The notes below the pieces were generated by a model that was given only the letters and a program-made list of their open reading frames with translations, made no database searches and was not told the DNA's origin. From the IMG/VR virus record IMGVR_UViG_3300039070_000050, positions 1 to 51,069 of that record: a stretch of DNA of 51,069 bases; one strand, written 5' to 3'. Below, piece by piece: positions 37,897 to 47,616 of the stretch (positions within the stretch are counted from its first letter, which is position 1; each line of letters begins with the position of its first letter). This DNA is from a virus (Duplodnaviria; Caudoviricetes). The translations under genes and the position numbers were made by a program.

Positions 37897-38263
37897 CCTG
37901 GTTTTACGCTCCAGGTCCAAACCTGGTTTTAACCTGGTAAATGCTTCCAGGTCCTAGGCTTTACCTGGTACCAATTACCTGGTATTTATTCCCTGGGTTT
38001 TATCTTCCTGGACCTTCTTCCTGGTGATTGTTTTACCTGGGTTTTTACCTGGTGAATAGTTTTATCCTAGGTCCCTGGTTAAATGTAATATGTGAAGCGT
38101 ATAGACGTCCTGGAGCGTAGCTACCTTTAGGCGTTTATTTTCCCGCGTAAAACCTGGAAGCGTTTTTCTTTTTTGCATTGTTATCCTGGAGAAAATTAGA
38201 TCTATGGAAAAAATATATGTTTCAACATATTTATGCTTTAGGAAAACACGCTCTAGGACCTGG
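37897..38263. repeat. Non-coding CCWGG-dense tract
   Basis: 17 CCWGG sites counted by eye in about 370 bp, 15 of them CCTGG on the + strand, plus 2 CCTAGG. Confidence 0.85.
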
Positions 38264-38401
38264 AAATTAGGATTTTGGATTCAAAAAGGTAATGCCACCC
38301 AGTATTTTTTTTGCGTTTCTTCTTTTGGCTTGGCTCCCGTGCGTTTTAATCCATAACCTTTGACGCATAAGCCTACGCTATGAAAATTACTTTTTATAGT
38401 A

Positions 38402-38409
38402 TATCTTTG
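38402..38409 (+). promoter_or_regulatory. Bacteroidota-type -7 promoter box
   Basis: TATCTTTG upstream of the GroES-like gene at the start of the rightward arm. Confidence 0.55.
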
Positions 38410-38435
38410 AGTTTACAAACCAAACAAATAATAAA

Positions 38436-39107
38436 ATGCTTACATACGAGCTTAAGCAGTCACCCGTAAACACTGTCATAGTTAGGGTAGATTCTGCGTT
38501 AGAAGACACTATAGAATATGGCAGTATGAAACTTCATATTGATCCATTATTTAACCCCACACATCATGCTAAAATATATGGTACTGTTATAGCGGTGCCC
38601 GAAGGAAAATGCATAAACGAGAACGGATTTGAAATTGAGAAAGAGGTAAAAGTTGGGGATAGAATTTATTTTCATTACTTAGTCACCAATGACGAAACAA
38701 ATTGTATTTATGGGAACTATTATAAAGTACCTTATTATTGGATTTTTTGTGCTGTTAGGGATAGTCGTATTATACCTGTTGGCGCATGGACACTTTGCGA
38801 AGAAGTGGTTGAGCAGGAGGATGAATATAATCAGGTGGAGGTACTTTCGAAAAAGATAAATGCAACAGTAAGTGCTTCGGGAATTGTAATGAGTTTGCAT
38901 AAAACTTCATCAATTAGAGTTGCAAAATTAAAATTTATTGGAAAACCATTTATTGGAGAAAATAAACTTGATGTAAAACAAAATGATGAAATTATTCTTG
39001 CAAAAAATTCACATTTTAAAAATAAGATTGAGGGAAAAGAGTACTACACGGTACGCCAAGAGGATATTTTAGGTAAAAGAATGGGGTACCCCCCTAGTGA
39101 GATTTAG
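38436..39107 (+). CDS. Co-chaperonin with two tandem GroES-like domains
   Basis: 'GTVIAVPEG...VKVGDRIYF' and 'SASGIV...FIG...VKQND.I...EGKEYYTVRQEDILG'. Confidence 0.75.
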   Translation: MLTYELKQSPVNTVIVRVDSALEDTIEYGSMKLHIDPLFNPTHHAKIYGTVIAVPEGKCINENGFEIEKEVKVGDRIYFHYLVTNDETNCIYGNYYKVPYYWIFCAVRDSRIIPVGAWTLCEEVVEQEDEYNQVEVLSKKINATVSASGIVMSLHKTSSIRVAKLKFIGKPFIGENKLDVKQNDEIILAKNSHFKNKIEGKEYYTVRQEDILGKRMGYPPSEI

Positions 39108-39240
39108 GCATACCCCCTAGTGAGAACTCACTATACCCCCTAGTGAGATTTAGGCATACCCTCCCTCTAGATCTCACTACACCCTCCCTCTAGATCTCAC
39201 CACATAATAATAGAATATAATAATAGATTTAATAATAAAA
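39088..39240 (+). repeat. Second iteron array (5 x 23 bp) plus AT-rich tract
   Basis: 16-bp cores start at 39095, 39118, 39141, 39164 and 39187. Shares CCCCTAGTGAGAACTCACTA with the initiator-gene iterons. Confidence 0.85.
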
Positions 39241-39353
39241 AATATATTATCAATTATTTTCAAAAAAAGGAAAAAGAATTTTTTCCTTAGTGAAAAAGAA
39301 AAAAAAAGAAGGGATTACGGTCCGCCGGCGCCCGCTAAAAAAATAAACATATT

Positions 39354-39914
39354 ATGGCAACATTTACGCAAAAAGAATTTGATGATTTAGCGTTACCTAT
39401 TAACGACAAGAATTTCCAAAACAATGTTATGGTTAAGCAAATCTTTGGAAGCATTAATATTTCTGAGGTACCTATTATTAAATACGTTGTTTTGTTGTAT
39501 GATTTAAAATCTCCTATGAGATTAAAGATCCCTGACATCAACTTAAGAAAAGAGGAGTGTGCTGAGATGGCTGAATTAAAAACAGCTACTGATAAAATCT
39601 TTGATTTAAGCCACGATAATATACTGGGGTATATAAACTCCTATCTAAGGTTCCAATCGTCCAAGGTATGGGCTATACTGACGGCTAACGAGGAAGTATT
39701 GTGGCAATACCAACAAGAATTATTAACACCTATTGTTAATTTTAAAAATGATAAGGATAAATTGCAAGCGCTTGAGATTAAAAGTAAGTTAATGAATGAG
39801 TGCGATTCAATTATTAAAAGGATTGATGCTTATGAAGATAAAATCTTTGGAGATAATAAAGAAAAGAAAAGTGATATAATGAATATTACACCTGAGTCTA
39901 TAGCTAATTTATAG
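39354..39914 (+). CDS. Putative terminase small subunit
   Basis: 186-aa helical protein ending 1 bp before TerL; assigned by position only. Confidence 0.45.
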   Translation: MATFTQKEFDDLALPINDKNFQNNVMVKQIFGSINISEVPIIKYVVLLYDLKSPMRLKIPDINLRKEECAEMAELKTATDKIFDLSHDNILGYINSYLRFQSSKVWAILTANEEVLWQYQQELLTPIVNFKNDKDKLQALEIKSKLMNECDSIIKRIDAYEDKIFGDNKEKKSDIMNITPESIANL

Positions 39915-39915
39915 T

Positions 39916-41925
39916 ATGTATCGTAAACATAAAAGAAATAGGGAGATTGAGATTAATGGCATAACTGTTAATCTTGCTCCTAATGGAGTTGTTTGGAATA
40001 TTGTAACTAATGAATGGGAAACTAGGGATATTATTCAACGTTCTGCAAAACCCGCATACCAATACTGGGAGCGTCCTATCCCGCCAGCAGATTACGAGCT
40101 TAAGCGTAAGAAAGAAATCTTGGCACAAAAATCTAATCCCGATTACTACAATCCTGAATTACAATCGTATCGTAATCAGGAATGGGATAGAAGACTTAAT
40201 GGATTTTGGTTTATGAATAATGGGAAAGGGACTTATGTTACTGGATTGCATTATTTTTATTTGGTTCACTGGAAGATTGATGTGGGGTATCCTGATTTTA
40301 GAATGACTGATTTGCATTTCTTTTATTTCTTAGAGTACTGTATGCAAGATCCAGTATGCTTAGGAATGATTGAGGTAACAAAGCGTCGTCAAGGAAAGAC
40401 GATGAGGGCAGGAGCTTTCTTGTTTGAGTTAACGTCTAGAAGTAAGAATAAGAATGCAGGGATTCAAAGCAAAACTTTTGATGATGCAAGAGATAACGTA
40501 TTTGCCAAGGGAGTTGTAATGCCGTTTAAATACTTACCTGATTTTTTTGTACCAATATATGATACTGAAAAAGGGATGACACCCAAGGGGGAACTTCGTT
40601 TCTTTAAAACAAATAAAAGGGGTGCTGCAGATTTTGATTTTGAAAAAAAGGTTGAGTTGGAGTCAATGATTACATTTAAATCTGCTGACAAGTTTGCTTA
40701 TGATGGGACAAAGTTACATAGATACCTTGCTGATGAAGCGGGAAAAACAAAGAATGTAAACGTATACGATAGGCACCAGGTTGTTCAGTTCTGTTTACAA
40801 CAAGAAGAAATGATAATTGGCAAGGCTCTCTATACCACAACTGTTGAGGAAATGGAAGACGGTGGCGAGTCATTTAAAAATTTATGGCAAGCCTCAAACC
40901 AATCTGTTAGGGACGGCAATGGAAGAACTATGTCTGGGTTGTACCAATACTTTATGCCTGCCTATAAGACGTTATTCTATGACAAGTTTGGATATGGTGA
41001 CGAAGAGAAGGCAAAAGAATATTACATAAATGCAAGGGAGGCTCTTGAGTCGGACCATAGAGCACTAGCGTCTTATATTAGAAAGAATCCATTTACTATT
41101 GAGGAAGCATTTTTTAGCGAAGCAGAGAGTTGTTTATTTGATGCGATGTCTTTAAATAGACAAATAGAAAGTATATCATGGATTGATAAAAAAGAATTAT
41201 ATTTGCAAGGTGAATTCATGTGGGAAAAAGGAGAGCGAGATACCAGGGTTGTTTTTAAGGAAACATCTAATGGTAAATTTCTTGTTCACAAAAAGGTTAA
41301 TCCTTTTGACACAGATTTTTACAACCAGGTAAAGCAATACGGAAGTAAAAAGGAACCGGATAGTGACAGGAAGTATGCAATTGGATCCGATCCTTTTGAT
41401 CATAGTATCACAACTGGAACAAATAGATCCGATGGGGCGGCTTATGTTTATCGTAAGTTTGATGCCATGGACGAATTGAGTGAAACGTTTTTAGTAGAAT
41501 ATTTAAATCGCCCAGAAAAAGCGGAAATATTTTATGAAGATATAATTAAGCTTGCTCATTTTTTTGGATGTAAAATACTTCCAGAAGACAATAAGGTAGG
41601 GTTAATTAAATACTTTGAATATAGGGGTTATGATAGGTTTTTAACAAAGATGCCGGGTGCCAATAAATATGGGATATCGGCTACAGTTAAAACGCATCAG
41701 CAAATAGCTGAAGAGATTGAAGCTTATGTAACAGACAATGTACATAAAGTAATTTTTATAAATCTTTTAAAGGATTGGTTGATGTTTGATATTAATAAAA
41801 CAACTAAATTTGATGCGACGATGGCAAGTGGTTACACGTTAATTGCCTCAAGCAAATCAAAATTTGCGCAAAGGATTGAACAAAAACAAACTTTATACGA
41901 AATACGAGATGTATTTCCGTTTTAA
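39916..41925 (+). CDS. terL: Terminase large subunit
   Basis: KRRQGKT Walker A, LADEAGK Walker B, 'P.TIEEAF', GSDPFD nuclease motif, C-terminal 'TKFDATMASG'. Confidence 0.92.
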   Translation: MYRKHKRNREIEINGITVNLAPNGVVWNIVTNEWETRDIIQRSAKPAYQYWERPIPPADYELKRKKEILAQKSNPDYYNPELQSYRNQEWDRRLNGFWFMNNGKGTYVTGLHYFYLVHWKIDVGYPDFRMTDLHFFYFLEYCMQDPVCLGMIEVTKRRQGKTMRAGAFLFELTSRSKNKNAGIQSKTFDDARDNVFAKGVVMPFKYLPDFFVPIYDTEKGMTPKGELRFFKTNKRGAADFDFEKKVELESMITFKSADKFAYDGTKLHRYLADEAGKTKNVNVYDRHQVVQFCLQQEEMIIGKALYTTTVEEMEDGGESFKNLWQASNQSVRDGNGRTMSGLYQYFMPAYKTLFYDKFGYGDEEKAKEYYINAREALESDHRALASYIRKNPFTIEEAFFSEAESCLFDAMSLNRQIESISWIDKKELYLQGEFMWEKGERDTRVVFKETSNGKFLVHKKVNPFDTDFYNQVKQYGSKKEPDSDRKYAIGSDPFDHSITTGTNRSDGAAYVYRKFDAMDELSETFLVEYLNRPEKAEIFYEDIIKLAHFFGCKILPEDNKVGLIKYFEYRGYDRFLTKMPGANKYGISATVKTHQQIAEEIEAYVTDNVHKVIFINLLKDWLMFDINKTTKFDATMASGYTLIASSKSKFAQRIEQKQTLYEIRDVFPF

Positions 41926-41927
41926 TT

Positions 41928-44225
41928 ATGGAAGATAACGTAAAACAAATCCTTGGTTTTCCAAGTCACTTAGTAGAAAACTCTAAGAAAGACAAGTCTT
42001 GGATTTCTCAATATATAAAATCTGCTTGGACAGATTTCTCAACTTACTATCCTAATCAATTGTATAACGGAAGGGATAAATACCACGAGATAAAATTATA
42101 TATGTTAGGGAAGCAATCGATTACAAGGTATAAAAAACTGTTTCAACCTAATCAAACCGCTAACGAAGATCAATCTTGGATTAACATTAACTGGGATATT
42201 CTTCCTATCATCCCAAAGTTTAGACGAATTGCATTAGCAACTTTAATTAAAGCAGATTATAATATTTCAATAGATGCAATTGATCCATTAGCACAAGACG
42301 ATAAAAAAGAGTTTTACGCTCAGAATGCCGCAAAGATTTTATTAAAAGAAGAATTTGCTAAACAAGGGTTAGATCCCTCAATGATTCCAGATGCAGAAAT
42401 TGACGCTGAAAGTATTAAAGAGTTGGATACTTATATGGATTATTCGTATAAGCATAGAATGGCAATTGAAATGGAGCAAGCTCTTGAATTGATTATGAAC
42501 CTCAACAAGTTTGATAATATTAGAGAGCAAGCAATTGAAGATCTTCATGATATTGGAATTACCGGTTACAAAGAATATTTTGACGGAGAGGGTAATATTA
42601 AAATAAGAAGAGTAAACCCATCTAATATGGTTACGTCTTATTCTATTGATCCTCACTTTGAAGACGTACAATATATAGGCGAAGTTCTTGAAATAACAAT
42701 TTCTGATTTAAAGCAATTAGCCGGGGATCAAATTACTGAAGCAGACTATGAAATACTAGCAGAGAGATATGTTAACAAATTAGGGAATCCCGGATTACTT
42801 CGTAACATGAATTCTAACCAAAATAAAAATTATGATGGATTCAGAATTCGCGTATTAGATTTGGAATTTTATTCCACTAATAGCATGGTCCTTGAGGAAA
42901 GGGTTAATTCAAAAGGAAACGTTGTTGTTGGCAGAGCATCTAAAGTAAAAGACGCAAAGAAAGAAAAGAAATATACTAAGACGGATTACAAAGTTGTTTA
43001 CCAAGGGAAATGGATTATTGATTCAGATATATTCTTTGATTGCAAACTAGCTACAAACATGAAGCGCGCCAAGTCATCAATGACTGATACGTCGTTATCA
43101 TATCATATTGTTGCTCCTAATATATACCAAATGAGTACTTATTCATTAGGAGATCAGATGAAAGCAATTGCCGATCAAATACAAATGGCTTGGTATAAAT
43201 TGCAAAACGTAATGTTAAGAGCTAGGCCAAGGGGTATAATGATTGAGCTTGGTGCGTTAGAAGGAGTCCCATTAGGACGAGGAGGGCAAGCATTAAAGCC
43301 TATGGAGATTATTGATTTATATAATCAAACAGGTAATCTTGTTTACAGAAGACTTTCCGAAGAAGGACAAGCAAGTAACTATAAGCCTATTGAAGAATTA
43401 AATAATGGTATTGGCGGTGAAGCTCAAGAGTATTTTGGGATAATCACAAACAATATTCAGTTGTTACGCGACATTTTAGGATTCAACGAGATTACTGACG
43501 GTTCTACTCCAGATCCAAGAACATTAAAAGGAGTTGCAAAATATGCATCTGAGTCAACTAATAATTCATTAGACTTCTTGCGTAGAGCAGAAAGAAAATT
43601 ATTAGAAAGGTTATGTTATTCGTTAACATTAAGAATTCAAGACGCGGCAACAAATGGAACAATAGAAGGCTTCACTAGAGCACTAGGAACCAATAGTGTT
43701 AATTTCTTTAAATTAGATCCAAACGTTTCTGCATATGAATGTGGTTTAGTTATCCAACAAAAACCTAACGAATATGAAAAAGAAAAGTTTGGACAAAGAA
43801 TCGATTTAGCTATTCAAACGCAACAAATTAATTTGGCTGACGCAATGATGCTAGAAAATGTTAGCAATCTAAAGTATGCTGAAGCGTTACTTGGCAGTAA
43901 GATTAAAAAGAACCAAGAGGAGACACAAAAGAGAAGCTTAGAGTTGCAACAAGCAAACGCACAAGTTCAGCAACAGTCAGCAATGGCAGCAGAACAAGCA
44001 AAGCAACAGACTATTCAAGTTGAAATGCAAGCTAAATTGCAATTGATTCAAAAAGAGAAAGAATTAGAAGCTCAAGTTATTACTACCAAATTGCAATTAG
44101 AAGCACAAATACAACAAATGGTAATAAATGGTAAGATTAATATGAGCCAGATAGAGGCTTCTTCAAGAGAGTATATTGCTCAAATAAAGAAGGCTGACGA
44201 AAAAACTAAAGAATTAAATAAATAA
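41928..44225 (+). CDS. Portal protein
   Basis: 765 aa after TerL; 'PIIPKF', 'LRDILGFNEITDGSTP' and a C-terminal Q-rich coiled coil. Confidence 0.85.
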   Translation: MEDNVKQILGFPSHLVENSKKDKSWISQYIKSAWTDFSTYYPNQLYNGRDKYHEIKLYMLGKQSITRYKKLFQPNQTANEDQSWININWDILPIIPKFRRIALATLIKADYNISIDAIDPLAQDDKKEFYAQNAAKILLKEEFAKQGLDPSMIPDAEIDAESIKELDTYMDYSYKHRMAIEMEQALELIMNLNKFDNIREQAIEDLHDIGITGYKEYFDGEGNIKIRRVNPSNMVTSYSIDPHFEDVQYIGEVLEITISDLKQLAGDQITEADYEILAERYVNKLGNPGLLRNMNSNQNKNYDGFRIRVLDLEFYSTNSMVLEERVNSKGNVVVGRASKVKDAKKEKKYTKTDYKVVYQGKWIIDSDIFFDCKLATNMKRAKSSMTDTSLSYHIVAPNIYQMSTYSLGDQMKAIADQIQMAWYKLQNVMLRARPRGIMIELGALEGVPLGRGGQALKPMEIIDLYNQTGNLVYRRLSEEGQASNYKPIEELNNGIGGEAQEYFGIITNNIQLLRDILGFNEITDGSTPDPRTLKGVAKYASESTNNSLDFLRRAERKLLERLCYSLTLRIQDAATNGTIEGFTRALGTNSVNFFKLDPNVSAYECGLVIQQKPNEYEKEKFGQRIDLAIQTQQINLADAMMLENVSNLKYAEALLGSKIKKNQEETQKRSLELQQANAQVQQQSAMAAEQAKQQTIQVEMQAKLQLIQKEKELEAQVITTKLQLEAQIQQMVINGKINMSQIEASSREYIAQIKKADEKTKELNK

Positions 44226-44229
44226 TTCA

Positions 44230-44237
44230 TAGATTTG
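44230..44237 (+). promoter_or_regulatory. Bacteroidota-type -7 promoter box
   Basis: TAGATTTG upstream of the scaffold and capsid genes. Confidence 0.5.
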
Positions 44238-44258
44238 CACAACCAAACATAAATTAAT

Positions 44259-45359
44259 ATGAGCGAAAGCCCTATAAACTTAGACGAACTTTTAGATAAA
44301 GGGGAAACTATAATTGAAGAAACAACAGACTCAACAGCAGCGGAAACTACCGCAGAAACTATTACAGAAGATATTAATTCTGAAGATAATGGAGTTGTTG
44401 AAGATATTGAGAATAATGAGCTTCAGAAAGATGAAGCTTTAAATGAAGAGAATACAAGTACTGATTTAGAGGAATCAAATATTGAAGTTGATGTAACTCC
44501 GGAAGATCAAACAGCCGATACGGCATTAATTGATGAGTCGGATTCAAAAGAGATAAAGGATAAATCTGAAAAAGTTGAGTATAAATTCAAGGATGACTTT
44601 ATAAAAAAAGCTGTAGACTACTACGAGAAGTTTGGTACACTGCAACCTTTTTTAGAAGCCACCAACACAAATTACGATACTGTTGCCGATATTGACATTT
44701 TAAAGATGAATTTTGAAAAAGAAAATTCTGATTTAAGTCCTAAGGCGCAAGCTCGTTTATTTGAAAAGGAACTTGAGAAATATAATTTAGAGGCATTTGA
44801 TGATGAAGATGCTGAGATAGGACAAGCTTTGCTAAAGCGAGATGCTAATAAGCTTAGAGTTTCTCTAAAAGAAAACCAAAAAGAATTTTTGGAATCTGTA
44901 ACGCCTCTAAACATTGAACCAGAAATTTCTGTAGAACAACAAGAATCGGAAATGCGCAAAAGCCGGGAAATTGTTCAAACTGGAATTTCAAATGTATTAA
45001 AAAACAATTTGATTAAAGTAGAAGCCAATGGGGAAGGGATTAACTTCCAAATTGATGATGCTAACAAAGTTGTTGATTATGCATTGGATCAGACAAAGTT
45101 TTTGTCAACTTTTGCTAAAGATGGACAAATTGATTGGGCTAAATGGACTAAGGTTGTTGCATTTGCAGAAAACCCTACTTTATTTGTTAGCGAGTTAATT
45201 AAACATGGAAAATCTTTAGGCAGGAAAATGATGGAATCTGAGTTGAAAAACGCAACTCCTGAATTGAAATCAAAAGATATCCCTCAAACGGAACGTTCCG
45301 ACAATCCGTATGACGATAAGATTGGATTCTTAAAGGAGATGAAAGTTATTAAAAAATAA
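44259..45359 (+). CDS. Putative capsid scaffolding protein
   Basis: Very acidic N-terminus, helical body, located between portal and MCP. Confidence 0.65.
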   Translation: MSESPINLDELLDKGETIIEETTDSTAAETTAETITEDINSEDNGVVEDIENNELQKDEALNEENTSTDLEESNIEVDVTPEDQTADTALIDESDSKEIKDKSEKVEYKFKDDFIKKAVDYYEKFGTLQPFLEATNTNYDTVADIDILKMNFEKENSDLSPKAQARLFEKELEKYNLEAFDDEDAEIGQALLKRDANKLRVSLKENQKEFLESVTPLNIEPEISVEQQESEMRKSREIVQTGISNVLKNNLIKVEANGEGINFQIDDANKVVDYALDQTKFLSTFAKDGQIDWAKWTKVVAFAENPTLFVSELIKHGKSLGRKMMESELKNATPELKSKDIPQTERSDNPYDDKIGFLKEMKVIKK

Positions 45360-45386
45360 TTTTTTCACTTTTAATTTTAAAGAAAA

Positions 45387-46718
45387 ATGGCTATTGGAGC
45401 AGGAAATATAGATCGTACCTTTTTAAGTACGGTTTCTTTTACAAACACGTTAGAGCAACGTGAAATTTTAAAGGATGTTTTAGACATCTATGATGAAGAA
45501 GCGTCTATGTTAGACGTAATGGATTGGACAGGTAAGGCGAAAGCTTCTGCTCAAACTGAGTACTTTACTGTACAAAACAACTTCTTGTATGCTACGGCTA
45601 CAGTTAAAACTCCAGGTACATCTGCGGGTGCTGCTGGTGCTTCTGTAGATATCACTGCTGTTGGTTCAACTTCTGTTAAGCCGGTAGTAGGAGAATTAAT
45701 GTTATTTGCTAACGGTGTTGTAGGTTATGTATCAGCTGTATCTTCAGCTACTGATCCTGTTATCACTGTTAAGCCTGTTAACTCTGCTGACGCAATTCCT
45801 GCGGCTGCAACTGGAGCAAAATTATCTTTCTTCTCTAATGCATATGCTGAAGGTACTGGTTCTAACACAATGCGTAAATCAGATTTGATTAAGCGTTCTA
45901 ACAAACTTCAAATCTTCAAGACTAAGACATCTATCACAGATATCGCTTACGGTTCTAAGATTGAGGTTGAATTTAAAGGCAAGCCTTACTACTTCTTAAA
46001 GCAACAACACGATGCTTATTTGAAGCATCGAATGGATATTCTTTATTCTATCTTGTTTGGACGTGAGTCTGCTGGTTTAACTGATGCTGCTGGTAACGCT
46101 ATTAACACAACTCGTGGATTGCGTGATACTATCATCAACGCTGGAGGGATTACTTCTAACGTTGCTACTGCTGGTACAGTTGCTTTATCTGACTTATCTG
46201 CTTTGTCTCGTTTGATGGACGCTAACCGTTGCCCTTCTGAGTATCAATTATGGGCTGGTGCTGACTTTGATAATGGTTTTGATACTACTATCACTGCTGC
46301 AACTCAGTTTGTAAACGGTGCTATCAATTATGCATCTTTTGGTGGTAAGAAAGATGTAGCTATCGCATTAGGCGTTCAGTCTATTGCTGCTTTCGGACGT
46401 ACTTTCCATAAGAAGCGTTTGAACGCTTTATCTCATCCTCAAATCACTTCTACTGCTACTAACGTAAACTACACTAAAGAAGCTTACTTAGTACCTGCAG
46501 GAAAGATCAAGGTTGAGCAAGGTGGTGGACAAGTTGATCGTATGCAAGTACGTTACTTGGAAATGGCTGATGGTATCAATTCTCGTTTTAGAGAGAAGAT
46601 GCTCGGCGGGCTTGCCCCAACTCCTACTAACGATACAGATACACTTGATATAGTGTACACATCCATAGAGGGGTTAGAGACAATTGGAAATGATCACTTC
46701 ATTAAGTACTCAATCTAG
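45387..46718 (+). CDS. Major capsid protein
   Basis: 443 aa after the scaffold; 'N.LQIFK', 'TTRGL' HK97-type features; strongly biased codons (GCT/ACT/TCT); followed by a strong terminator. Confidence 0.85.
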   Translation: MAIGAGNIDRTFLSTVSFTNTLEQREILKDVLDIYDEEASMLDVMDWTGKAKASAQTEYFTVQNNFLYATATVKTPGTSAGAAGASVDITAVGSTSVKPVVGELMLFANGVVGYVSAVSSATDPVITVKPVNSADAIPAAATGAKLSFFSNAYAEGTGSNTMRKSDLIKRSNKLQIFKTKTSITDIAYGSKIEVEFKGKPYYFLKQQHDAYLKHRMDILYSILFGRESAGLTDAAGNAINTTRGLRDTIINAGGITSNVATAGTVALSDLSALSRLMDANRCPSEYQLWAGADFDNGFDTTITAATQFVNGAINYASFGGKKDVAIALGVQSIAAFGRTFHKKRLNALSHPQITSTATNVNYTKEAYLVPAGKIKVEQGGGQVDRMQVRYLEMADGINSRFREKMLGGLAPTPTNDTDTLDIVYTSIEGLETIGNDHFIKYSI

Positions 46719-46738
46719 TGATTATCAAGTAGTTACAG

Positions 46739-46767
46739 AAAAGAGGAGAAGAAATTCTCCTCTTTTT
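46739..46767 (+). terminator. Rho-independent terminator
   Basis: AAAAGAGGAGAA-GAAA-TTCTCCTCTTTTT. Confidence 0.85.
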
Positions 46768-46800
46768 AAAAAACAATTATAAAACCAAACAATAATAAAG

Positions 46801-47616
46801 ATGAAAGCATCAGAATACAATCAATTTTCTGCGACAATGCAGAGAAAATTAAAGCCAGACGAGAGGGCTACTTACAGGGTACTTAATGTAAGACCTGATC
46901 CAGACAATTTTGGAAAGTTTTTAATTCCATCAGCTTATCAAATCCCATCTACGGATGTGGTATACGACAAGACTAAAGGGGATTTCGTTACAATTGCTGC
47001 TGTTGACAGAACAGATCCAGACGGGAATCCGGTATTTTTAAATATTGTTTTTACGGCGACAAACCTTGGATATTTGTTCTTAAACGGCGGAAATCCTGTT
47101 CACCAGAAGATTTACCAGTTCATAGAATTATGTAACTTTAATTCTTCCAATAAAGACAGGAATGCTGACAATGAAGCTATCTTTTATAGAGTTGACAACA
47201 AGAAAGAAGCTATAGAGGAAAGAAGTTTACGCAAGTTAATTGTTAAGGCAGTTAATACAGCTTTAGAATTAGATGACAAGAGGGCGAAGGAAGTGGCAAT
47301 GGCATTAGGAATTGATGCGGAGACAATTGAAGAGATTCGGAACCAATTAGAGGACTTCTCAGAGGAGAATCCTGAAGAGTTTATGGATATTGTTGAGAGG
47401 GCTTCACTTAGCTTAGAGACAATGATTAAAGAAGCTATCAAGAAAGGTGTAATTAAGAACGACGTTAACGCCCAAGTATTTTCTTGGTCTGAGACAGGAA
47501 AGGAGTTAATGAAGTACAAGAAAGCTCCGAATAAGAATTACATTAAGGACTTAGCCGACTACCTAGAAGAGAATGCCCCAGATGAGCTAGAAGCTATCAA
47601 GAACCGATTAGGTTAA
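46801..47616 (+). CDS. Conserved protein downstream of MCP (virion/assembly associated)
   Basis: 271 aa; position matches the conserved post-MCP gene of crAss-like phages. Confidence 0.55.
   Translation: MKASEYNQFSATMQRKLKPDERATYRVLNVRPDPDNFGKFLIPSAYQIPSTDVVYDKTKGDFVTIAAVDRTDPDGNPVFLNIVFTATNLGYLFLNGGNPVHQKIYQFIELCNFNSSNKDRNADNEAIFYRVDNKKEAIEERSLRKLIVKAVNTALELDDKRAKEVAMALGIDAETIEEIRNQLEDFSEENPEEFMDIVERASLSLETMIKEAIKKGVIKNDVNAQVFSWSETGKELMKYKKAPNKNYIKDLADYLEENAPDELEAIKNRLG

Noticed and set aside
37897-38263. CRISPR array or VNTR
   Set aside because: Only a 5-bp core is shared and spacing is irregular, so it fits neither class.
39088-39202. Possible mini-CRISPR array
   Set aside because: Units are contiguous 23-bp repeats without unique spacers, and they match the initiator-gene iterons.
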